Assembly: GCA_030324005.1 (NCBI GenBank)
Contig: JARDVH010000042.1
Coordinates: 82,023,337-82,087,336 of the forward strand
Length of the DNA: 64,000 bases
DNA from: Negaprion brevirostris
Lineage: Eukaryota
Direction of reading: 5' to 3'
Shown: positions 1 to 13,069 of the stretch, in pieces
How the letters are laid out: each line of letters starts with the position of its first letter
How positions within the stretch are numbered: position 1 is the first letter of the stretch
Notes under the pieces: generated by a model
Told to the model about the DNA's origin: nothing
What the model saw: only the letters and a program-made list of their open reading frames with translations
The model's database searches: none
Translations under genes and position numbers: made by a program

Positions 1-679
1 TCATAGGAACCTAGGAATATAGAAACAGGAATAACCTACCTAGCTCCTAAAACTTGATCTCATTTAGCTGATTTGTATCGCAACTTAAGTTGGATTCTCC
101 TGAATTTGCTGCATGAGTTTGGTGGAAACCCAGACAAATTGGGTAAATAAAGTTTAAGTTAGGTTACGCTAATGGATCTGGAGAACTATAGCCTACTACT
201 TTTCTTAATAAAAAGACTTCTTTTTATTTGTGGGGTTGTACTTCTCACCCTGTGCTTAGGATGTTGATGCATCACATGCACAGGGTCAAAATTTGGGGTG
301 TGCCAGTTTTACTAATTCTCATTATCCATCAAGAAAGGTCCCTTCCATCATGGCGGATAACCTGTTGACTTTTTTTTATCTCCTTGATGGCTAAACATGT
401 TTTGAGTTGTTTGTGTTCAATTACTTTGTGAACTTAAGGCTGTTTGTTGTTTATAATTAAGTACAGAATTCTGAATTGAATTTTAACTAAAAATGCAAAA
501 TGTTATACATGTAATCTATCTGTTCTACAAAATGTGTGCCAAATATCAGATGTGTGAAGAATTTAATATATGATTAAACAAAGCAGTTATATTGCTGTGC
601 TGGCCTGGCTGACACACAATCTGTAGAAACCGAAATAAAAACAGAAAATGCTAATAGGTTCTGTGGGTCAGACATGCTT

Positions 680-830
680 AAAGTTCATTTATTTAATGTC
701 AGAAGTAGGCTTACATTAACACTGCAGTTAAGCCACTGAAAATTCCCTGGCTGCCACACTCTGGTGCCTGTTCGTGTACACTGAGGGAGAATTTAGCATG
801 GCCCGTGCGCCTAACCAACACGTCTTTTGG
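680..830 (-). mobile_element. V-SINE-type SINE 3' part (alternative tail)
   Basis: Reverse strand reads tccaaaagacgtgttggttagg..ccatgctaaattctccctcagtgtac...gtaagcctacttctgacattaaataaat. A second copy of the same tail is at about 58230-58330. Confidence 0.6.
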
Positions 831-2517
831 AGAGAGAAATAGCAAATTGTTCATTCTTTCTTCTGTGTTTTTGATTTCATGGCGTGAAACAACTTTTCAA
901 ATGTAAGCTCCTGAATGTGCAGTAGTTAGTTTTTAAGTTGCGTTGCATGATGATGCCCCGAGTTAACTCACCTTTCGCAACAACTGCAGGTGCAAAACTG
1001 TTGCCAGCCTCTGTTTGACAGAAGCCAAATGTTCAGTTTCTGGCATCCAGAAACGACAACTCCTTTGGTGGGCTTCACATGTTGAATATTGTACTTGAGT
1101 TCCAGTTAGAAACAGTGTTCCCCTAGGCCTGACTGGGAGGATCACCTTTTGTGGTCAAGTGTATGGGGCTTGGCCTTCATTGTGTTTTCACTGGCTTTTG
1201 GGTTGCTTTGAGAAAGGTGCTAAGAAATAACTTCTGTTGCTTCTTTAGTTTTCTTTGAGACCATTAAAACTTTATTGGAAGTGCTCCTTCTATTTGTCAT
1301 TCTTTTGCCAAGAATAGACAATGCAAGTTGTGTAGGTAATTCGAGGTTTTGCAGCTGATGCCATCATACAGGCTTTAAATTGTTTGAATATCTTGCAGGA
1401 TTTTGAGAAGTAGGCTAAGAAGGGCAAAAATATAATTTAAAAAATACCAGCATTCGTACAAGACTGAAACAGTGAGCCAAGTGCCAAGATGGTCTTTTCC
1501 TGCAGTCATTTCACCCTTGCTGTTTTGTGGGAGAAACAAATTGTTCCTTCAGTTCTGATTGTGTGTTCAGGGGATGACATGACACCAGCGTGATTCAAGG
1601 CTATTTGCAACCTTCAGGGGAATCATGAACAAACCTAACTAACAATGCTATCAGAGCAGCGATAGAGTAGAACAGGGAGTGACAGGTTTTGGCTAACAAA
1701 GAATTAAGACAATGTGACAAATGCTGATTTAATTTTAATATATCACAGTGGTACTAAAACGTTTATTGTCCTTTTTATTGGAAGAGACAGAGAGCAGGTC
1801 AGATATCTCGTAAGGAGTTTACGTGCAAAGTTATAGATTAATTATGACTCGTGCAGTTTATTTAGATAAGGAATATTTAATGTTATGTTTCTTGCAATGA
1901 TTTTCCAAATAAAATCGTTTATTTACACGTTCCATTGGGAACAGGAACACTTGTATAGATTTTAATTTTATTCTGCGCTTACATTCAGTCCAGAGGTGGC
2001 AAACGAAACGAAAGTCAATTAAAGGCAGGCCATTGCCCCAGTAAATTTGCTGGGGAAAGCATTTGGCCCAATATAAGTACACAAGATAATCTCCGCATGA
2101 AAGCTGTTTGTTGTCTTGGAAGAAAGTAAGTCACAAGCTGCCAATCTGTCCAGGATCTTGGCTATTATTTTGTAGCAGTTAGTGTGTATGGGTAAAGGCA
2201 TGTAGGCTTTNNNNNNNNNNTTTGCACCATAACTTTTTAGTGTGTTTGAAGCTATGTTGATTGTCTTTAGATGAGTTTCAGTAAGAGTAGTGTCTTAATA
2301 GGACTGAGCATTATAAGCCTTGTCTCAATAACTATTGAGTTCTGAAGTTTCCCAGATCAGAAACTTCCTCCTTCTGTCGGGATCTCCTCGGCTGGAATTG
2401 GCAAGTGTCAAAATGTTTCTTGCAGAGTGGCATGGATTTCTGAGGCCAGAAATCATAACACCTGTGTTCCTGCGTGGCTAAAGAATTAGAGATTACTTTT
2501 CATCCTGCTGACATATT

Positions 2518-3296
2518 GGGCCTGATTTTACCATCAAGTTGGGTGTGAAAACTTGGTAAGGTCGGGCATGAGGCGAGTAGTGTAATCCACGCCCGTCTCT
2601 GCGCTTTGACACACTCTGAAACACTCTGCCCTTTTACCAAGGCCTGGAAATGGCCACGATTGGGACTGCGCCCGAAATGGCCATTTAAATGCATTTGCTT
2701 GCATTTTAATTGACTTAATGGGCTGCATGCCCAATCTTACTGGCACTTCCCCCTTTACTACCGTGTTTGCCCATCCAGAAACAGACGTTCTCCACACAAG
2801 TTCAATTCAGGCACTTCAGTCAGTGAGGAGGTAAGTGCCGAGCGTCCAGTGCTCTCTGTTTGAGNNNNNNNNNNGGGGGGGGGAGGGTCAGGGGGGTCCG
2901 GTGCCCGTGTGCCCGAGATCAGTGGAGGAAAGGAGGACGGCCCTGGATGGTGGAAGGGGTGGGGAGGGATAGGGGGTCAGTAATATTCTGGGGGTGGGGC
3001 ACTGTCTGTGGGGGCCAGGGGGAGGCATTATCCGTCCTGGAAGCAATGTGGCAGGGGAGCCATATTCTATCTTTTTTTTCTGCATACGCGCAGTTGGAGG
3101 CACCAATTGGAACTGCAGGGTTTTGTGTGTGTTAAGCCCCACCCACAGGCTTGTGCATTGAGATTCGGAATTGCTGATATTTTTGCAGGCAGAATGTGTA
3201 TGAGGGCGTCTGAGAACGGGTCTAAAAGTCTCTCCTGAAACACTCCCAGCTTCAAGTCCGCCCAGCACTTCGAATCAAAATGGTAAAATAGGGCCC
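2518..3296. mobile_element. PIF/Harbinger-type non-autonomous element (MITE)
   Basis: 17-bp terminal inverted repeats GGGCCTGATTTTACCAT / ATGGTAAAATAGGGCCC (2 mismatches), flanked by a 3-bp target duplication ATT at 2515-17 and 3297-99. Confidence 0.8.
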
Positions 3297-4809
3297 ATTA
3301 TTTGACCATTCTACCTGCTATCAGAGTACACATGATGGCTGGGATTTAATGTGGGCGATGGGGGGCTGGTCCACTGGCGGGGAGAACCCTTGTGGGTATC
3401 CCATGTTCCTCCAGGGAGGTCCAACCAAATTAAGTGCCCATCAGACCAACGCTCGTCAACAAACTTTCCCTCTGAGAGCTATTATATTCAGCAGCACCCC
3501 ACTGCTAATAGTGCTACCAATCTTGGTGGTTACTGCTGGTGATGCTCTGAGGACTTAGCCGGGGGTTGTCACTGGATCCCTGCTGTGCGACTCATGTTTC
3601 ATCCCCGAGCAACCACAAGATTTTGCTGGGCACAGGGATAATTTAGAGTGAGTGGGCAGGTTGCACACGTCATCCCCTTCCCACCTCTGACATTTGCAGG
3701 AGGTTTCCCTGTCTCCGACAGACTGATGCACAACCTCCCGTGCAATTTATTGGGCCCAGCCACCATGTTATCGTCATGAAGGTCTGCATTAAATTTCACC
3801 CAGTGACTTGTCTCACATCCCTTCCCCCTCATTGTATTTGGTCTGTATGGTGTGCTGTGTGAATTTTCTGGCCCCACCAATGATGAATTGTCAAATTCAT
3901 CTCGAGCTTGATTTGTGTCTTTTGTGCCTACTTATTGGCTATCCGATTTTTGTTTCAGGACGCCCTGGATGGTGCAGTATTTTGTAAATCTGGATTATCC
4001 CCCTAAGGACTACATTGGTAATTTCCCAGGGGGATTTAGAGAAGGTATCAGCATATCCATTTTCCTCTGAGCAGCTAAGTGAGTTGTGCCTACATGGAGG
4101 CCATGATCACCAACAAACAGTTCTAGGTTTTCTCATTAGTGTTGGGGGTATGGTTGTAGTTATTGAAGGTGAGTTCCAGAGTTCACTGCTGGATGGCTAA
4201 AGGCCCAATCTAACAGTTTTTAACTGAACATAGAAATATAGAAGCTAGGAGCAGGAGGAGGCCATTTGGCCCTTAGAGCCTGCTCCGCCATTCATTACGA
4301 TCGTGACTGATCGTCCGATGTAAACAGGACTCTTCTGAAATATTACCTGTGTGTGTTTCAAAATAAGATGAATTCCTATGCTACGCATGATCCTCCAAGC
4401 CTGGGTCTTTATATCACCTGTGCATTGTTCCGCCAATATGCGCTGGATGCTTTGTGTGCGTGTGTGTGTGTCACACTGGGCTGCAGTCAAGAGTATGACA
4501 TTCTGACAAATCATGGTAACATCCTGCCCAATGAAGCATTCAGAACACTTATTAATTGTGGTGAATGCAGCAGCCAATTTGCATTCAGCAAACTTGCACG
4601 AAATAGCAATGTGGTAGTGAGCAGATAATCTGTCTTTGAGCCTGTTTAGCTGGGTCAGGGTGGCAGTACCCGGAGATATGGCTAATGTCAGCTCCCATGA
4701 TCACTGTGTTTCTGGCCTCTGATATGAGGAAAAGCAGGATGTTGAAATAGGGAATGTTGGGGAAATTATTCATTTAAAGCATAGACGTTTAAAATTGGAA
4801 TCAGCGATG

Positions 4810-4955
4810 ACATGGTGGCACAGTGGTTAGCACTGCTGCCTCACGGTGCCAGGGCCCTGGGTTCAATTCCCAGCTTGGGTCACTGTCTTGTAGAGTTTGC
4901 ATGTTCTCCCTATGTCTGCATGGGTTTCCTCAGGTTTCCTCCTACAGTCCAAAGA
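4810..4955 (+). mobile_element. HE1-like tRNA-derived V-SINE, 5' part
   Basis: A box ggtggcacagtggttagcactgctgcctcac, B box gggttcaattcc, then V-domain-like gagtttgcatgttctccc. Confidence 0.85.
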
Positions 4956-5039
4956 TAGAAACATAGAAATTAGGATTAGGAGGAGGCTATTTAGTCCTTC
5001 GAGTTGGAGTATCTGCAACGCACTTCTTGTGCACTAATA

Positions 5040-5153
5040 TACTGGAATTCCACTGCCCCGTTCGCCATGGATTTGGAGCGGACAGTGGAAATGTCTATTG
5101 ACCTTGGGTGGGAATTTCCGGTCTGGCTTGAGTGAGGCCGTAAAATCCTACCC
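5040..5153. mobile_element. ~125-bp MITE family copy
   Basis: Similar to copies at about 6575-6683, 25757-25881, 44346-44471 and 49781-49917; ends in ...taaaatcctaccc. Confidence 0.6.
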
Positions 5154-5704
5154 GTAGTGTCAGTGTCAATTCTTGTGGGTAATTGTGCGTGCGTGCATCC
5201 CTCCCTCCCTCCTTCCTTCTTCCCTCCCTCCCCAACGGAGTGACATACCAGGGGCAGATTTGAAATGGTCACACAAATGGTACGATCCGCTTTGTATAGC
5301 CAAAAACCTGGAGGAAAATACTTCAATCCCTGTTATCCAAAACACCTCAGAGGGGTAGGCCACGGTTTTGTAGAAAGCTGTGTTTCATGGAGTTTTAAAA
5401 TGGGATCTTTTGTCAGGAATTTACAGCTTTGAAAGGCAAGTTGTTGTGCTCTTGATGCATTGGTTGTAGAGGCCTCAAGCTTCCATTGTTGTTTGAGGGA
5501 GAAGTCTCCAAAAATTCCGAATGTTTATATGTCCGTGATCTTACCAAAGGCATTATTACCCCATTCATCTGAAGACTGAGGAACCCTACAAAGGCAAATG
5601 ACATTGTGGATCCCTGTTCATTGAAGCTAAAGTTCCAAGAGAATGTTCTATGTCAGGTATTTCTGAAATGTTTTTACTGTTGTTAGTTTCAGAAACACAA
5701 CAGA

Positions 5705-6037
5705 CAATTTATGCATAGCAGAATCCAACAGAAAGTGTAATCAGATAAGTTAACAGGAAATCTTGTTTTAAGTGATGTTGGTTGAGAATAAAGGTTGTGC
5801 AGAGCACTGGGAGACTTTGCCTGTCCTTCTCTGGGATCTTTTGCAGCACCTGTGAAGTCAAATGGAGCCTAAGATTAACTTCTCATCTGGAAGGCAACAT
5901 ACACAACAGTGTGGCAGTCTCTGTGTGGCACTGAAGTGTCAGTCTAGATGATTTTTCTCAAGTTTCAAGAATAGGTTTGAATCCATCACGACTTTCTACA
6001 CAGAGGCAAAAGCATCATCACTGAACCACAACTGACC
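5705..6037 (-). mobile_element. Deu-domain SINE (SacSINE1/AmnSINE-like)
   Basis: Reverse strand has a tRNA-like head gtcagttgtggttcagtg...ggattcaaacc, followed by a Deu-like core gacacttcagtg...cacactgttg...ttccagatgagaagttaa. A partial second copy is at about 6050-6180. Confidence 0.7.
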
Positions 6038-9000
6038 CTGAATGACAAGTCAGTTTGTCTTTTTATGATGGTGTTGGCTGATAGATAAATATAGGGCATG
6101 AGATACTGGGGAAAAAGATTCCTCTGTTCTTCTTTCAAAATACTTGTACATCTACAGAATGGGCTGATGGGTCTTCAGCTTTGACAGCGGGATGGATTTT
6201 CACCATTGAGGCAGAGAGCTTGAGTCGGGAGATTTCCTGACACGGACCTGCCTCCACATGAAGCGCTCCATCCCACACTATTTCTGCTCCAGGGAATTAA
6301 AGATGTGAGGGAGTTGGACCTGGCATTTTAAAAGAGGCCACGGGGGGAGCGGGCAGTGTCACAGTGGGCAGGTTATAAGACTATCCTTGTTCACTGAGAC
6401 TTCGACCTTGATTTTGAGGTTGTCAGACTGATGTGTGAGAAGCTGGAAGATCCACTGTTGCAGCAGAAACTGCTGGCTTGCAAAGAGTGATGAATGTGTA
6501 GACTTTGAAGCTTTTCAGGACAAATGACTGGGGTCTTTGTAATCCACTTTGACAGCTCGGAGGATGAATCAGATACGCTGTGCTCGCCCTGAAACCGGAA
6601 AATCCCGTTTGAGGTCAACGGACTGTTCCATGGTCCGCCCCAGCCCGCTCCAATTTCCGTGGCGGGCAGGACAGTGAAATTAACCTCGATGAGTTGGGGG
6701 TTATGGAATGGCCTGGTTGAATTGCAGACCTGGAATCGAGAGCAAATAACTTTCATAATAGTACTTAGCAGCATCTTCATTAGATTAATCTTCATAATTC
6801 TCACCTCTGTTGTGAGTGTTATTAGGCAGAAATTTGGGTCTGGAACTGCTTGGTTCAAATGTCTGTTTGGTTCATGATGTCAAAATTCATTCAAAATGAT
6901 GGACAAAGGAATGTCAAATGAACTGGTTATTGCTTGTCAGCTAGTAACGCCAACAATAAATTTCAGACTTAGATCTCAAAATGAATCAAAATTATAGCAT
7001 TATGAGCTGTAGCTCTTCATTACAGTAATTGCCACAGAGTTTTGTAATCTTTATTACAAGATGACTGTCTACGTTGCCTTGACCTTGTGTTTTTTGCCAT
7101 CTTATGCTTGGAGCCAGGATCTGATGTATTTCCTTGAATCCCACAAGAGAAGGACTAGTGTGTTCAGGTTCACAACATGAAACTTGGCACATCTAAGACA
7201 AGAACTTGTATTTCTTTCACATTTAATCAAAGCAACAACTTGTGCTTATGAAGCATATTTAACATAGGAAAATGACTCAAAAAGCTTCATGGAGGAGTAA
7301 TCAAAAAAAATGGACACTGAGCCAAAAGAGACATTAGGAGCTCTATTAAAAAATGAATTTTAAGGAGGCCCATAAATGGGGTGCAGGACAAGGGAATTAT
7401 AGTGGCCTTGATGGCTGCCTAGCAGAAAGCTATGCAGAAGAGGTCAGAGTCGGGAACAGAGCGTTACTGGAGCATGGTGGTGCATTGAGGTTACAAGGAG
7501 GAGATCAGAGATGAGGAATGGACGGATTTAATCACATAGATCGGAATTTTAAATTTAGGGTCCACGCCGTGGATGTTCGTATGGAACTTGAACGTGTTTG
7601 ACAAAGTACCACATAAAAAGATAATTAACAATCATGAAATAGTAAGTCTCAGTTTGGATGAAACATTGGCTTAAGAATAGAAAGCAGTGCTTCATGGTTA
7701 ACGTTATTTTTCAGACTGAGAATTGATTGTGACTTTTCTCAAGGATCAGTGGTATTACCACTGCTTTTTTTGATGTATATAAATGACTGGGATATTGAAA
7801 TACAGAGTAGGGTCTTGTGCACCTCCCCGGACTAGGAAGTAAGGTGAATGGGGGAACCTAATTGAGGGGGAGACAATATACCAACTTCTTGATGTTGGAA
7901 TGGAAGTTTGGTATGAAGTTGGCAATGGATTGCTTCCTGATGGCAAGTGGCAGGAACTACTTTTTAATATATTTAAAATCCACTAAAATACAACTTGGAT
8001 AACCCAACAAATGAGAAACATGTACCTTCAGGTTCACAACTGGTTTACTGTGGTCTGCAGAAGGTGAGATAGTCTTCCAGGTGGATTTAGACTGCGGAGG
8101 AGCTGCTTTTCTTGAATGGGGAGCTTTGTTGAAGCAGGGGGCATTGATGCATTGAGGTTGAGTGACAGCTGTGAAAGGGGAACATAACTTTGCTGATTGA
8201 GGGAGGGATGTAGTAGCCTGACAGCTGCTTGTGGGAGACAGAAGGAAGAATTTGGATAACACAAGGGAAGTCAAAATCTTTAGGTGATAGATGAAGCATG
8301 ATTCTGGGGATAGCATTTCCCTGAGTATGGGACGGAAAAGGGTGCATGGAGGAAGATCCAAGTGTCTTGTCAGCCTCCCGGCCAGTCCTGTATAGAAATC
8401 ATGGCCAGAGCGAAGGGATGTATGTCTGAGTGCAAATCTAGCAGCCACTGATCGTTCTACGGGACTTAGCTCCCTTAGCAGTCAGAATGTCTCCATGGAG
8501 GAAGCTAACCACTCACGTGCCAGATCCATAGCAGCACTTGGAACTGGAATGGATCCTATCCTCCACTCATCGCTCAGGGCTGAGCATGGCTTCTGACATC
8601 TCCACCAGATGTTCCCCTACCTATCTCTGCATCTCCACTCAGTTCCTTATAACCATTTCAAGAGGGATGTTATCAGCATGCAGATCAACAGTCCTCCGGC
8701 TTTTGGGGACCTTGACTGTCACATCCTCCATCGCTATAGGGATGTGTCTGGTGTGTTAACCAGATTGTGACCCCTCCAAGTCTAACCGTGAATGCATACT
8801 CACTGAGGGGACTATTTCTGCACTGGTGGAGCATTGATAGGAATGATGTGATGATTCATCCTCTTTGAGTGTTCAGTGTCATCATCTTCAGAGCTTGGTA
8901 CAGCCTGGCTTAGACATTTCATTTAACTGCAAGGACCTGCAGTGGAGAATTCAAAGCATTAGTCACATAATCCCATTTCCCATCAATGCATCATGTGTAC

Positions 9001-9439
9001 CTCCTGTACGTCCAGTTATCAACACCAGATTGGAGGCATCCTCACTCAGATGTCTTGAAGTTCTGACCTCTCCATGTGCACGAGTGGCCAGTTTTTTTCT
9101 GGATAAATTGGTTGCCTGCACTTTGGCAGGGATGCTCCATTGCAATATGTACCTATTTATCTGGCAGGCTGACAAAAGAATTGAGTGTCCTCCCAATAGT
9201 ATGTAACCACTTTACGAGCGTATTTACCTATTATATCTCCTGTGCCCTCCCTATTAAATGTTCCACACAGGCACTGCTCTGCAACTAGCACAACTTGCAC
9301 ACACATTCAGTCCACACGTTCTGTCTGAGCTGAGGCTGCAACCCAAACTCCCATCTGGCATTCTTCTTCACTCAGACATTTACATCACTGTATGCCCTCA
9401 TGAGTATCACTTGGCAGTGATGACACCGTTTCACTTAAC

Positions 9440-9630
9440 CTTACAGGTCAATCACCCTTTTGTGGCACTGGACCCAATCGTGCTTTTGGACTCCACAGAT
9501 ATTAACCTCTGCTGGCAGGTCACTCTGCTGGTGAAAGGGTCTCTTGTTGCCAACACTGGGAAACAAGGCCTCCTGCCGTTTCTGGATGGCCAGAAAAAGA
9601 ACCTGTAGGGAGACATTGCTCAACCTTGGG
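9440..9630 (-). mobile_element. Harbinger Myb/SANT-like DNA-binding gene remnant
   Basis: Minus ORF contains PRLSNVSLQVLFLAIQKRQEALFPSVGNKRP...WVQCHKRVIDL, typical of the trihelix protein carried by Harbinger elements. The decayed element probably extends left to about 8460. Confidence 0.7.
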
Positions 9631-9927
9631 ACATTACAGGTAATGGGCATCAGCAGGTGGCAGAGCAGCAGCATTCTCAGCAGTGGTGGGTGACAGGGTG
9701 ATCAGCGGTTCCACAAATCCATGGGAGGTGATAGATTAGAATGGAGGGAAGATGCAGCAGTTTCCAAAATCACTACCTATTCATAAGCAGTAACACATCC
9801 TGCTGAATGGCAGGGGGTGAATGCCAGTCCAGCTAATGTTTATTAAGTATGACGACTAGAACTTCAATCCTGTGAACAGGGCTGGTGACTTTTGGCTCCT
9901 CCCCATAATTAACCGAGGCTCTCACAT

Positions 9928-10172
9928 AGAATCATAGAACCCTACAGTGCAGAAAGAGGCCCTTCGGCCCATCGAGTCTGCACCAAACACAATCCCACCC
10001 NNNNNNNNNNNNNNNNNNNNNNNNNNNNNNNNNNNNNNNNNNNNNNNNNNNNNNNNNNNNNNNNNNNNNNNNNNNNNNNNNNNNNNNNNNNNNNNNNNNN
10101 AAGCCAGGAATCGAACCCAGGACCTTGGAGCTGTGAAGCAACAGTGCTAACCACTGTGCTACCGTGCCACCC
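9928..10172 (-). mobile_element. HE1-like SINE, interrupted by an assembly gap
   Basis: CR1-like tail catagaatcatagaaccctacagtgcagaaagaggcccttcggccc at the left and a tRNA head (reverse of gggtggcacggtagcacagtggttagcac) at the right. Confidence 0.85.
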
Positions 10173-10324
10173 ATACACCTCTGCGTATTGTATCTAATTG
10201 AGTGGCCACCATGCGTGGCCAGCCATGCTGACTATGAGCGAAAGTGCCACACATTTAAGGTCCCACAATTGGGACCCATGACACTAGAAGAAGATTCTGT
10301 CTATGAGTAATTAAAAATAATGTC

Positions 10325-10675
10325 CATGATGCCAAACTTGGAGGAATTACAAACAGTGAGGATGATACAATTTGACTGCAACAAGACAGACTGGTGGCAA
10401 ATGGAATTTAATACAAAGCAGTGAGAGTGCATTTTTACAGAAAGAGATTGGGAGAGGTAGTATAGACTTAATGGCATAGCTTTAAAGAGTACAAGGGACC
10501 TGGGAGTGCATATGCCTAGATCTTTGAAAGTGACAGGACATATTGAGAGTGGCCAGCAAAGCATTTGGGATCTTGGGCATTATCTGCAGGGAAGTTCTGC
10601 TGCACATTTATAGGCTCTGGTTCGGCCACAATTATTATGTGTGGTTCTGGTCACCACAATCATGGAAGAGTGTGA
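10325..10675 (+). mobile_element. CR1/HER1-like LINE RT fragment
   Basis: Decayed DDAKLGG...WQMEFN.K...RDLGV...FWSP motifs. Confidence 0.75.
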
Positions 10676-12489
10676 GGGCACCTCCCTGATTTTTGTGCTG
10701 CCTGTTAGGTGAGTTAATGGGTGCTGGAAAGTGTGGTAAGGATTTAGTCCACCTGAACCCTAGTCACTTTCGTTCTTTCTGCTTTGTTTTCACTGTCAGT
10801 TTAAGTGAAAGAGCCTGCGGAGTTTTGGATGGACGCATGCAAATGAGGCAGCAATGATGTAGTGATGTGTTAAATCCTGTTTTCTGTCATTTCCATGTAA
10901 CATGTAGTGAATCATAATCACAGCAATACAAAGCTGATGTCCTGGGTTGCTGGTTGAAGAAGGAGTGAATTTCCAAAGACTATCTAATTGCAAATGTTGT
11001 TTAAACCATAGAGGCACAGAGAATTTCAAGTCTCAGGGTGGATAGAACAGAGGCAGGAGGGGTTAAAATTGGAAGTCTCACTCATTGTTGTTCAGTGTGT
11101 TTTTGGGGTGGCATGAGTAATGTAGACTCATAGAGGAGTTCATCATTCATGTATGTTAATGAGGCAGCACGCTGGCAGCTATTTGGAGTAATTGGCTGCG
11201 CACTGGGTTTCTTAGGGCACTTGAAACCCGGCAGCTGAAGGGAAGCGAGGACTGTTGGATAAGTGTATTTCTTATGTGGTTTCTCTCAGCACCCAAGGTT
11301 AATCTGCTTGCCGCCGCTGCTGCCGCCACCCAATCCTGTGATCGACCGTCTCTCCCTGCCATCTCTCCACTACCATCTCCATGCACGCACAGCCTCCCCC
11401 TCTGCAATTCTTCATCCATCACCTTTCTTTCCTCCTCTCCATTCCCAAAGTTGTGGCTTTGCATTACAAGACTTATGTGGCAGCAGTCAGCCTCTCAATC
11501 TGAATGGCTGTCAGATTGAGAAAGCAGTTGAAAAATTCCACTCAGGATCTGCTGTTAAATAAGCCAGGGCCTTGCAAACTTTCCTGTATCACTGGGTTTC
11601 TCTGCCAGCACCATTCTATGTGCCACTCTCTGTCAGTCTCCCCGTCAACATGGGGACCATTGAAGTTTACAATACAGCAAGAGGCCACTTAGACTGATAC
11701 ATCTGAACCAGCTGTTTATGGCCTGGTCTCTATCCAAAGCTCTTGTTATCTTCCTTTGCTTCAAATATTTATCTCACAATANNNNNNNNNNNCTTCTACC
11801 TCAACTACTCTTCATGGCAGAGCATTCCATGTTTAACAGTGGCTTCATCTACTTCACACTCACCTTGTGACAATTTTAAGTTAACCACTTATCGCTGACT
11901 CTTCAGCAGGTTAAATAATCTCTCTCTATTTGTCCTATTAGAAAAGTTAATAACTTTTAAAATCTTTATTCAATCTTTTCTGAGCCATCTCAGTAAAATA
12001 GTTCCAGGATCTTAAATCTCTTCCCACAATGATATTTTCCCTCCTCTGGTGTGATCTTGATGAACCTGTGGCATATCCACTCAATCAACTTAATGTCCTT
12101 TCTTTTCTATAATGATGTCCCAAAAACTACATGTAGAACTTTTAATTGTGATATAACCAATGGCTTGAAGAAAATTATAATTATTTGTTCCTTATTGTCC
12201 TATTTCTAAAATGGTGAACATGTCATTAAGATCATCCTGGGAATCTCTGTGGCTGGAAAAGTACATTTCAGTGTGTGCATAGCAGTAATGAAGCTGCATC
12301 TAAATCTTGGTAGGATCTCAAAACTTGCCTAATGATTATGTTTCAGCATCAAGGGTGTCATATGAATGGTCACACCATTTCTATAGGCCTTTGCATACCA
12401 ACTGTTGATGACTTTAGGGGTCTCAATCTGCAGGTAGACAAATACACTGAGCTGTGACATTGTTGTAGCTTTGCACGTGCAGATACAGC

Positions 12490-12755
12490 AGTAGTCTAAA
12501 TTCGGTCAGTGCTACAATGCTGAACCTTGGGGATGGCACTGTGGAGTGGCATAGCTGGCTCACAAGCACTTCATGCACCACCAGCATTCTGGATATATAT
12601 CCTTTATCTTTGCTAGGCAGGAGCCTTGGAAGTTGCTACTTGACAGCACTCTGGATTGCAGCAGTTCAAGAAGACTCATCATCTTCTCAAGGGGAATAGA
12701 GGTTGAGCAATATATGTTGGCCTTGCAGTGGCATTCACATCCTCACAATGAATGA
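12490..12755 (+). mobile_element. LINE 3' end fragment (CR1/L2 superfamily)
   Basis: Tail ...gcagttcaagaagactcatcatcttctcaagggg...gagcaatatatgttggccttgcagtggcattcacatcc is shared with the copy at 41020-41540. Confidence 0.55.
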
Positions 12756-13069
12756 AACACTTCAACATCAACAGCCCGTAAACATTGTTTGTCTGCTCTG
12801 CCTCTTGTCTGCAGACTCCTGCTTGCATCTAGGATTCCATTTTCTTGTTTTTTTTAAATTAACATTTTTTGTTACTCCATTCTTAAAGTTACAAAGCTAA
12901 TACACAGAGCAGACAGGGCAGGCCCTTAATCCATCTCCCTGCTTGCTCCAAAAACCAATTCAAATTGAATCCAATTCATGGTCCCCAGGGAGAGACATAT
13001 AAGATCCAAGCAGACAAGGAAAAGCATTGCATTCCATCTTGGCCTTGATCTGATGCTTGATCTTAGTTT

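Noticed and set aside
4810-4880. tRNA gene
   Set aside because: The A/B boxes continue into a SINE body and no full cloverleaf forms; it is a SINE head, as are the other copies.
7860-8450. 163-aa minus-strand ORF, possibly a Penelope GIY-YIG remnant
   Set aside because: Only a vague motif resemblance (CFIYHLKIL); cannot be assigned without a profile search.
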